DNA of 61,503 bases. Source: a virus. Lineage: Duplodnaviria; Caudoviricetes. The notes below the pieces were generated by a model. It was not told where the DNA came from. It worked only from the letters and a program-made list of their open reading frames with translations, and ran no database searches. The stretch is taken from positions 1-61,503 of the IMG/VR virus record IMGVR_UViG_3300021508_000029. One strand, written 5' to 3'. Shown here piece by piece: positions 18,377 to 27,000 of the stretch (position 1 is its first letter; each line of letters opens with the position of its first letter). A program made the translations under genes and the position numbers.

Positions 18377-18595
18377 ATGACTAAACGTAAAACACATAAA
18401 ACTCGCCAGACCCTTAAGCAAAAAGAAGCCTGTAAACATAACTGGGTTGTATTCCGCCTTCACGGTGTGATAGAACTTATGGGCTGTGATAGTATATTGG
18501 ATTATTCTGAGGATGTACAAAGCCAAGCTAAAGTAATTAAACAAAATTTAAAAGACTTACTTGCTACGGTTAAAGAAGAAAATGCGAATAGGTAA
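18377..18595 (+). CDS. Hypothetical protein
   Basis: AAGGA RBS. Confidence 0.65.
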   Translation: MTKRKTHKTRQTLKQKEACKHNWVVFRLHGVIELMGCDSILDYSEDVQSQAKVIKQNLKDLLATVKEENANR

Positions 18596-18647
18596 AGCAG
18601 TTAGGTAATGTACAGTATAATATAGGGCGAAGAAATAACCTGTTATA

Positions 18648-18660
18648 AATCAATGAGTTA
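18648..18660 (+). promoter_or_regulatory. IHF consensus site
   Basis: AATCAATGAGTTA matches WATCAANNNNTTR. Confidence 0.5.
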
Positions 18661-18689
18661 CCACAGTCGAAATACATACATATTATTTA

Positions 18690-18719
18690 TTGTATCATTC
18701 ATATATTTAATGTTATAAT
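18690..18719 (+). promoter_or_regulatory. Sigma70-type promoter
   Basis: TTGTAT, 18 bp, TATAAT with extended TG. Confidence 0.6.
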
Positions 18720-18751
18720 ACACGTATGATAAATAATATAGGATAATCGGC

Positions 18752-19264
18752 ATGACGAAACACTACGAATTTAATGAGAATGATTCTTTTGCTATACAAC
18801 CTGGATATATAGCAAGGATTCATCAAAGAGGAAAATTTATGGGAACGTTCAGTTTTATTTATCACCATGCTATCCAAGAAGCAGTATTAAGAACTAAAGA
18901 TTCCTTTAAAACACTTGGATATCTAATGGGTTCAATAACTTTAGAGAATATAATATATACTGATATTCCAACTCTAGCTATAAAACTTAATATATCTAAA
19001 GTATCTATACAAAGACATTTACATATATTACGTGATGAAGGTTTATTAATTCCCCATGAAGATGAAAGACTTAACGCGCGCTCAATTTCTCGTTATCGTA
19101 TATGCCCTTTCTTGGGTTGGAAAGGAACAGCTAAAGCATTAGAAAAATATCTTTCCACCCTTCCTATTAGTCATCCATTTTGGGAATACGCTGATCCTGA
19201 ATTTGTTTCTACACTTAAAGAGGAAATTCAGAAAGAAAAATATCAACAAAATATATCCCTATAG
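18752..19264 (+). CDS. Winged-HTH protein, RepL-like
   Basis: LAIKLNISKVSIQRHLHILRDEGLLI HTH, then YRICPFLGWKG (Y..nP...wkG wing pattern). Confidence 0.65.
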   Translation: MTKHYEFNENDSFAIQPGYIARIHQRGKFMGTFSFIYHHAIQEAVLRTKDSFKTLGYLMGSITLENIIYTDIPTLAIKLNISKVSIQRHLHILRDEGLLIPHEDERLNARSISRYRICPFLGWKGTAKALEKYLSTLPISHPFWEYADPEFVSTLKEEIQKEKYQQNISL

Positions 19265-19272
19265 GTTTCCCA

Positions 19273-21093
19273 ATGCGAATCATTAATACAGCTAAAGATA
19301 ACCCAGCAATTCTTGATACCCTCGGTCGCCTCGCTTTCTATAGTGGTATGGATAATCTCACTCTTTTCGAAATCCGAGATGGTCTATCCGAGCTTATGGA
19401 TTCCAATCGTTGGGCAACTTATAGGTTCGAGATGGAACTTCAAGCTGCTCTTCTCGAAATGTCCTTCAATGGTATCCATGTAGATCAACCAGCTCGCAGA
19501 AGTATGACTCAAGAGTTTACAAAAACAGTTACCAACCTTACCAGTCTTCTTAACGAGATGCTTGAAGCTATAGGTTATTTCAATTACTACACCCGTATGG
19601 CTATGCACGAATTTTCAGTTCAAACAGATATTGAATATACTTCTTTACCTTGTACATGGGATGAATGGAAAGATTGTTCAATCCAATGGCGTAGGGAAAT
19701 TAAACTTATTGCTGGTGATCACCTTATCCCATATCACAAGGCGCTTAAGTTAGGGGCTATCTTTAATCCTAATTCACCTGCTCAGAAACTTAAATTATTC
19801 TATCATTTTTTTGGCTCACCAGATAACTCAGTTGCCGAGCCTTATTTCTATTCCCCACCCTGGCTAAAAACAAAAGGTATTAAGGAGCATAAAAGTAGAA
19901 AGGTTGATGGAACCTACGGACCGACTACAGATCGATCCGCTATGGAAAAGATTATTAAAGCGTCTTCCAAGGGTGAGGCTCATGCTTCTTATTGGGCAGC
20001 ACCTTTTGCTCATATTTGCCTGGACATTGCTGACCTTACCAAGTCTCTTGGCTTCCTTAAATGTAAACTTGATAATGGAATGTTTCGAGCCAGCTTTGGT
20101 GTGGTAACTGAAACCGGTCGATTAAATTCTCGACAAAACGCTATGGGGTTTGGGAGCAATGCACAAAACATAACCCCTAAGCTCCGTCACATATTTATAG
20201 CTCCTAAAGGTTGGAAACTAGGTGCCCCTGATTTTGGGCAGATAGAATCTCGAATAGTTGCTGCTATATGTTTTCGTTTATTCGGAGCTAAAAATTACCT
20301 TGCTGCAGGTGAAAGCGGAGATCAACATTCCCTTAGTGCCTCAATGGTATGGGATGATCTTCCCTGGCCCGAAGATTTTACAATTCAATGGGCAATTAAA
20401 CACGGCGCATTCCCTAAAGACATGCTCAAGGCTGCAAGAAAATTGGCTGATCAAACATTCTACAGGGGTAAGAGTAGGCGAGATTTAAGTAAAACTCTTA
20501 CTCATGGTTCAAGTTATCTTGGTAAGCCACGTCAAATGTCAATCCAGTCTCATGTTGAATTACCTTTAGTTACTCACTTTCAAGAAAGATTTTTCGAAGC
20601 TTTTCCAGAAATTCCTCAATGGCATGATTGGGTAGCTGAACAACTCCAAACTACAGGTGAGATAACAACTATGTTAGGTAGAAGTCGTAGGTTTTTTGAC
20701 CGTCCTAATGATGATGCCACCTTACGTAAAGCAGTTGCTTATGAGCCTCAAAGTGTTGCCGGAGATTATACTAACCAAGCCCTTTTAAAAATAGTTAAAG
20801 CATCCAAGAAAAACCTACCCGTAAAAGTATTCCTTCAGAAACATGATGAAATTGGTTTTAGGTTTCTTGAGAAGGATGAAGAAAAAGTATGCGCAATTGT
20901 ACAGGAGCTTATGGAACAAGAACTAGAGATAGTATCCCCCTCTGGTGAAATCCGAAAATGGGTTGTGCCAGTTGATATGGAGTCAGGCTGGAACTTGGGT
21001 TTTAAATCTAAAACTAATCCTGACGGACTTGGCCACCCAGACTCCTCACGGGTAAGAACACAATCTGAGCATTGGGCTAATTGGAAAATATAA
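19273..21093 (+). CDS. Family A DNA polymerase catalytic subunit (split polymerase, part 2)
   Basis: N-terminal YSGMD (ExoIII), TETGRLNS, motif A DFGQIESR, motif B RDLSKTLTHGSSY, motif C QKHDEI. Confidence 0.93.
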   Translation: MRIINTAKDNPAILDTLGRLAFYSGMDNLTLFEIRDGLSELMDSNRWATYRFEMELQAALLEMSFNGIHVDQPARRSMTQEFTKTVTNLTSLLNEMLEAIGYFNYYTRMAMHEFSVQTDIEYTSLPCTWDEWKDCSIQWRREIKLIAGDHLIPYHKALKLGAIFNPNSPAQKLKLFYHFFGSPDNSVAEPYFYSPPWLKTKGIKEHKSRKVDGTYGPTTDRSAMEKIIKASSKGEAHASYWAAPFAHICLDIADLTKSLGFLKCKLDNGMFRASFGVVTETGRLNSRQNAMGFGSNAQNITPKLRHIFIAPKGWKLGAPDFGQIESRIVAAICFRLFGAKNYLAAGESGDQHSLSASMVWDDLPWPEDFTIQWAIKHGAFPKDMLKAARKLADQTFYRGKSRRDLSKTLTHGSSYLGKPRQMSIQSHVELPLVTHFQERFFEAFPEIPQWHDWVAEQLQTTGEITTMLGRSRRFFDRPNDDATLRKAVAYEPQSVAGDYTNQALLKIVKASKKNLPVKVFLQKHDEIGFRFLEKDEEKVCAIVQELMEQELEIVSPSGEIRKWVVPVDMESGWNLGFKSKTNPDGLGHPDSSRVRTQSEHWANWKI

Positions 21094-21095
21094 TT

Positions 21096-21326
21096 ATGAA
21101 AATAAACTTAGATATACGAGATTTAGAAAGGGGAAGGTATATGATACTTATTCTTAGTGCACAAATTATCTGCAAGACAATAAAGTATGCTAACAACCAC
21201 ACCCAAGCTATGGAAATAGCAGATAAATATGAGCAAGTAGGTTGTATCTGTGTAATAACCCGAGTATTAAATAACACTTTAGGTAAACTAGATAAACAGA
21301 CTTATAATAAATTAATAGAGAAATAA
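21096..21326 (+). CDS. Hypothetical protein
   Basis: ATG at 21096. Confidence 0.55.
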   Translation: MKINLDIRDLERGRYMILILSAQIICKTIKYANNHTQAMEIADKYEQVGCICVITRVLNNTLGKLDKQTYNKLIEK

Positions 21327-21506
21327 ATGAAAACTGTATTCCCTGATTTACCATTTAACACTGACCGTATTTTTACTCGAGGGATTACTCATGAAGGTTG
21401 TGTGATATGGATACCAGTAAGTAAAAACAATGATGTTAAGAAAGAACAAAAAATATTACAAAAATTTTTAGATGAACAACCAATGCCTACTAAGACAGTA
21501 TCATGA
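21327..21506 (+). CDS. Hypothetical protein, 59 aa (not in ORF track)
   Basis: Fills the gap exactly; ATGA overlap with the next gene. Confidence 0.55.
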   Translation: MKTVFPDLPFNTDRIFTRGITHEGCVIWIPVSKNNDVKKEQKILQKFLDEQPMPTKTVS

Positions 21507-21892
21507 ATAACACAGAATACCTAAGACAGCGCCTACTTAGTGACGTACATGAACCTGTAAATGGTGAGTGGTGCTTATCATTTGGAAAGCAACGAGATAA
21601 GGAATTATTTGGCATAGCTTTACCGTTCCTTATTAACCATGCCCGTCCACGACTTCTTATGGGTGCATTCCGTTATGATAACACTAAAGGAATCTCTCAT
21701 GCTGAACGAGCAAGGCAAGGATTAAGTCCTACTTTTATAACTAAGCTTAAAGAAAAAATTGAATTATATGAACAAGACGGTAATCAAGAATACCTTGTAG
21801 ATGTGTTTAATTATTTACTTCTTGAAATCGCTGATCCAGTCCACCCTAACGCACATTTTGAATCTACAGAAAGAAAGGAAATTAAACAATGA
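21503..21892 (+). CDS. All-alpha protein, possibly related to MazG-like nucleotide pyrophosphatases
   Basis: RLLMGAFRY...GNQEYLVDVFNYLLLE acidic helix; family assignment is an inference. Confidence 0.45.
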   Translation: MNNTEYLRQRLLSDVHEPVNGEWCLSFGKQRDKELFGIALPFLINHARPRLLMGAFRYDNTKGISHAERARQGLSPTFITKLKEKIELYEQDGNQEYLVDVFNYLLLEIADPVHPNAHFESTERKEIKQ

Positions 21893-22035
21893 GCTTTGAT
21901 GAAGTACCAGAAAATAAAATAGAATGTTATCCTTGTCCAGTTTGTGATACAGGTAATTTCTGTGAAACTAAAAAGGAATACTGGGAATGCGATAACTGTG
22001 ATTTTACGTTAGATAAACGAGAAAAGAAAGATTAA
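21889..22035 (+). CDS. Zinc-ribbon protein, 48 aa (not in ORF track)
   Basis: AAGGA RBS; CPVC...WECDNC. Confidence 0.75.
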   Translation: MSFDEVPENKIECYPCPVCDTGNFCETKKEYWECDNCDFTLDKREKKD

Positions 22036-22040
22036 GCAAT

Positions 22041-22077
22041 CATACACACGAATTGATTTAAACCAAACACCAACACA
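22041..22077. repeat. Dispersed palindromic element, copy 4 (TTGATTTAAACCAA at 22053-22066)
   Basis: Core plus the ACACCAA right flank shared with copy 3. Confidence 0.85.
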
Positions 22078-22103
22078 TTAACCTTTAACTTATAAGTAAT
22101 AAT

Positions 22104-23354
22104 ATGCCAACATTACCTCGTGTATCTGATGACTTCCTTGATCAATGGGAAAGCTATTCTGAATATCTTCCATCACCTAAATTATTCAAACGTTGGGGAG
22201 GTTTATTTTTAGTAAGCGCAGCTTTAGCCCGTAGGTGCTGGGCTGTTACTGACCCTACATTTCCACCATTATTCCCTAACCTATTCGTTTTACTCGTAGG
22301 CCCGCCTGGTTGTGGAAAAGATATTATAGTAAATAAGGTGGCCAAGTTACTTACATCAGTCAAAGATGATATGCAACAAGGTTCAGGCTTTCGGCTCTCT
22401 GGTCGTTCTGTATCCGCAAAAGGTATTATTGATCTTATGGCTGATGAAGATTCAGAATTCTCATATAGATATACTGAAGATGGAAAGAAAAGAATAGGCA
22501 AGTTTCATTCTGTAACAGCTTGTATACCAGAGCTTGGAACTTTTCTTCCAGCTTATGATCCACAACTTGTAGCTTTTCTTAACGAGCTTTATAATTGTAA
22601 TGATTTATTCGAGGAACAAATTCGTGGGCGTGGGTCAGATTCAACAACCAAGATAATTAATCCGCATCTTACAATGCTTCTTGGTACACAACCGACTACA
22701 CTTTCGGAGACTTTTCCTGAACAAGCTTTTCGTATGGGATTCTTTTCTCGAACCAACATAGTACATACAAGAGAAATTTTCCTTACAAAGTTATATGACC
22801 GCGCACGACCTAACAAGGAACTTCTTTTTCCACAGCTTGCTACAGATCTTAAAAGTATATCCAGTATGCAAGGAAAATTTAAAACAACTAAAGCATTTGA
22901 AGAGGCAATAAGTGACTTCCATATAATCAATCCGAAAAAGATAAGTCATTCCAGATTCGATGATTATAACACAAGGAGAAGTCTTCACCTTCATAAGCTT
23001 GCAATGATATGCTCAGCAAGTGAGAGTAATAAAATGTTAATAGAAATGAAGCATTTCGAGCGAGCACAAGAGTTTCTTTATGAAGCTGAAGATGCTGCTC
23101 CGAGTGTGTTTAGTGAGCTAACAACATCTAATGGATTCTCTCATACAGTCGAACAAGTTCTTGAAAGCTCGAAAGGTAGAAGTATAATCCCACACCAGCA
23201 ACTTGAACGTACCCTACGCAGAACGCATAAGCCATATGAAGTAGGTATGATAATTAAAAGTATGATTAGCGCAGGAGACTTAACAGAAATACCGACTAAA
23301 GTTGGATTGCCCAAATATAAAATTAGCCGAAAGGCTGAAGCAAGCTTACACTAA
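22104..23354 (+). CDS. P-loop NTPase, DUF3987-like putative replicative helicase
   Basis: PNLFVLLVGPPGCGKD Walker A, PELGTF, LLGTQP, GFFSR arginine finger, winged-helix-like C-terminus. Confidence 0.78.
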   Translation: MPTLPRVSDDFLDQWESYSEYLPSPKLFKRWGGLFLVSAALARRCWAVTDPTFPPLFPNLFVLLVGPPGCGKDIIVNKVAKLLTSVKDDMQQGSGFRLSGRSVSAKGIIDLMADEDSEFSYRYTEDGKKRIGKFHSVTACIPELGTFLPAYDPQLVAFLNELYNCNDLFEEQIRGRGSDSTTKIINPHLTMLLGTQPTTLSETFPEQAFRMGFFSRTNIVHTREIFLTKLYDRARPNKELLFPQLATDLKSISSMQGKFKTTKAFEEAISDFHIINPKKISHSRFDDYNTRRSLHLHKLAMICSASESNKMLIEMKHFERAQEFLYEAEDAAPSVFSELTTSNGFSHTVEQVLESSKGRSIIPHQQLERTLRRTHKPYEVGMIIKSMISAGDLTEIPTKVGLPKYKISRKAEASLH

Positions 23355-23371
23355 AACAATAGGAGAAATAA

Positions 23372-23485
23372 ATGTTTAAACTAAAACCACTAGTCCGAGC
23401 TGTAAGATATTCAATTTATTACCAACTAGTAAATCAATTTAAAAAAGAACGTTTAACCAAAAAGGAAACCCACCATGTTACTTAG
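23372..23485 (+). CDS. 37-aa basic peptide (not in ORF track)
   Basis: AGGAG RBS; overlaps the dcd start. Confidence 0.5.
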   Translation: MFKLKPLVRAVRYSIYYQLVNQFKKERLTKKETHHVT

Positions 23486-24053
23486 TCATCACGCTTTACA
23501 CCATATTGTAAAATCCGGCATACTTGAAAATGCTAAAATCGAAAACATTAACCCAGCGTCAATTGACGTATGTCTTGGGAATACAATTTTAAAAGAGAAA
23601 CCACCGAAAGCACAACCAACTGCAATTAAGGATATGGGACTTATAACTGCTACAGATTTACAAGCTAAAGAATCTATTAACTTTCAAACACTTAATTTAG
23701 ATGATGATGAAATATATCTTCTTAAACCCGGCGAGTTTATTCTTGCCCAAACTATAGAAGTATTCAATTTTCCTAATCATATTGCAGGTGAATTCCGGCT
23801 TAAATCTACAGCCGCTAGAAACGGACTTGATCAGTCTTTAGCAGTATGGTTAGACCCTGGTTGGAATGGCAGTGTTCTTACAATAGAACTTAAAAATATA
23901 TCCCTTTATCATACTCTCGTTCTTCGACCAGGAATGAAAATAGGGCAGGTTATTTTTTATCAATGTTTCCCTGTACCGGATGAAGCAAGTTATGCAAAGG
24001 TCGGGCAGTATAATAATGATAAAACAACTCAAGCTGGGAAGGAGCTTAAGTAG
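23475..24053 (+). CDS. dcd: dCTP deaminase
   Basis: INPASIDVCLG, LKPGEFILAQTIE, KSTAARNG, LDPGWNG..LTIEL, IGQVIF, Y..VGQY. Confidence 0.92.
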   Translation: MLLSHHALHHIVKSGILENAKIENINPASIDVCLGNTILKEKPPKAQPTAIKDMGLITATDLQAKESINFQTLNLDDDEIYLLKPGEFILAQTIEVFNFPNHIAGEFRLKSTAARNGLDQSLAVWLDPGWNGSVLTIELKNISLYHTLVLRPGMKIGQVIFYQCFPVPDEASYAKVGQYNNDKTTQAGKELK

Positions 24054-24095
24054 TTTAATGTATGCAGGTATTAATTAAAGAGCTTAAAACCTCCT

Positions 24096-27000
24096 CTAGT
24101 CCCTAACTCTTTTATTCCAAACTCCATTGAATCTTCTCCTAACTGAGGAGATTCTTTCTTCCAACGTTTTCTCAGTCTTATCATCTCCTCTAGCTCTTGC
24201 TGCATTTAATCTAACCCTCAAACTTCTTAACTGCCTTTCCGTATCTTTAACCTGGCTACTCATTCGAAGCACCTCCTTATACTCTTCTTTAGCTTTCTTC
24301 TGTTTATCCAAATCTTTTGTCTCGCCTCTTCCATATTCCTTAATAGCTTTCTCAGCACTTGCTACCTCTTTCACCCTATCATAATACTTTTGTGTATTCA
24401 TTCGGTCACTTGGTACAGCTGCAAACTGACTAAGAATAGGTATGTTTTTAGTTTTAATCTCATCTTCACTTAACGTGCTAGGTAGTCCACTTACACTAGT
24501 CATAAACTTTAACAGCCCAGCACCAAAGAAATTAACTGTATTTTGAAAGGTACTTGGACTTATGTCTGCCCAACCAGAATGTGCTATATCTCCACCGGTA
24601 GCTTCATTTAAAGTTCTTGACAAACCCTTATATATCTCTGGAGTATTTCGCCATGCAAGTTCAGCATCAGGTTTACTTCCTGCTCCAGGAAAATTAATAG
24701 GCCGTAATGGGTTGCCTGCAAAATTTTTATTTTCCACCACTTGTATAATAGGATCAAGTGCGGTGGGTGATATACCTTGTGCGAATGAGCCCCCACCCAA
24801 GGGGTTAAATGTATTTAATAACATAGTGATGGTATCCACACCTGTATCAGCTGCTGTCCGTATACCAGCGGCATTTTCACTTAACATCCCGCCCATACGC
24901 CATACCACATTATAAACCCAGGGAGCGGGGATTTTAACGAATTCCCCACCGATTTTAATGGGTAGAATAATGTTTCGTTCTTTCTCATATACTGGTATTT
25001 TATCCCATTCACTTACCCCCTCTTCATCATCATCTCCAATTGCCCGTCCAAGGGCATCGAATGTTGCGGACATTGCAATTGTACCAGCCACCATACCCAC
25101 AAGCTTTTTAGACTTCATCATATTTTTTATAACTTGTGCATTGCCTTGTACAGTCGCATTAAAGAATAAATAAAACATACCCATGCTAGATGAGTTAAAT
25201 CCCTTCCTCGTAAAGTTTGTTGTAAGATCTTTTGCAATTCTAGCTGCTTTAACATCTCCAACTTCTTTATACAAGGCTTCAAAAGTAGCCAGTCTCATAA
25301 TGTTTTCCACAATGATATTAGCTTTTTCAATATTATTGGCCATTTTAACTATTGTCTTTACTCCGGGTGTTCCTTCAATTTTAACTTTAGCATCAAAACT
25401 TTTTATACTTGTATCCATCTCCCGTAAGGATTCAACAAATGAAATCCGACCTCCAGCTTTTTCCCATCGTTCTACCATCTGCACATTCAAGTTTGCTGGG
25501 TCTCTATTTCCTTTCCAGTACACATCCATAAGGGCTTTAAATGTTTTACCATAGCTACCTATAATTTCTTTTGTATGGCTTTCAGCTTCACTCGCTTGCA
25601 TGTTATATACAGCAGTTAATGGATCACGAATAAGATTAGCCATTAAGAAAGCCGGGCTAGCACTCACCGCAGTAAACCTTACGATACTATTAACCCACCC
25701 AAAAACCTTACTTACAGATCCATGCTGTTGTGCGCCTAACTTATTGACTGCGGCAGCAAATACTGTAGCTCGCTCATTCTGCTCGATAGGACTAATAATT
25801 AATCTTTTACCTTTCCGAATAAGTCTTATATCCGTAGGGTTTAAATTAGATGTTTTCTTTTTCTTAACAAAACCTAATTCATCTGTAGCCGCTTGTGTAG
25901 TATCATTTCCTACAGTAAACCACTCTTTCCAGTTTAATTCGTTTTCCTTAATCTGCTCATATAAAAAATTATTAGCTAAATTCTTTTGTGCCGTTGCAGC
26001 TGCTGCATGTGCACGAGCTAATGTATTTTGAATTACATGAACTGGTTTACTTGCATTAGCTGATCCATATCTTACACTAATTCCTTTTGAAGGTCCGAAT
26101 CCCTTTTGATTTAGAAAGTCAAATGTTTTTTCATAGTCAAAAGCTTCTCGCCTTAAAGGTGCGTAATGTGGTTTATCCTTTATCATTGCAAGCTGTTCAG
26201 CTTGAGTAATATTCCCGCCTTCTTCAAGTAAATCTAATTGATGCTTAGTAAGTTGATCAAACACTGTAGCAATTTCATCTATTTTAGTGTTGTTCAAATG
26301 CCGATTATATATTTCTTCTGCATCAGGAGCATTAGCTGTATTAACTAATCCTTCTCCTTTTATAAACATACCTGAAGCATGTTGTTTGAATAACTGCCAT
26401 TCACTTGAAATACTAGTCTCATCCTTACCTTCTTCTATTCTTTCATGTTGAAAATATTCTTCCATTAAAGCATACATCCGTATTTGAGCTTCTTTGTTAT
26501 CTTTACCCTCTAGAATTTTATCTCGCTTCTCCTTTACCTCGTCTTGTTTTTCTTTAGTCAATCTAGGGAGTAAGCGGTTTATAAACTCATGTGAAGCTCG
26601 TTCAGACATATCCAAGTTTGCATTATCAAGGAAGATACTTCTAGCTGCTATCCAGTCGTTAACTTCTTCGAGTTTTATTCCTGATTCATCTACAAGTTTT
26701 ACTAATGGCTCAACAAATCTACGATTAATCTCGTCTATCTTAGTTGCCCGTTTAGATTCTGCAAGGTCAAATACGTCTTTAATTCCTTCATCCTTTTTCT
26801 CGATTGTGGCAAATGAATCTATAAACTTAACATACCAAGTTTGAAAAGTACCAAGTTCGTACTGCTCTCTAGGGTTGTCTTCCTTTGCATACATAGCCCT
26901 ACGGAAATCATCAGGCGAATCAAATATAGTTGACTGGAGAGAATCAGATAAATCAGTTGTACCAATAATGGGCTTAAGTGCTTGTTTATCTACATAAAGA

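Noticed and set aside
17977-19272. Group I intron or intein splitting the polymerase
   Set aside because: No homing endonuclease, intein termini or intron core visible; the gap holds ordinary ORFs and a promoter.
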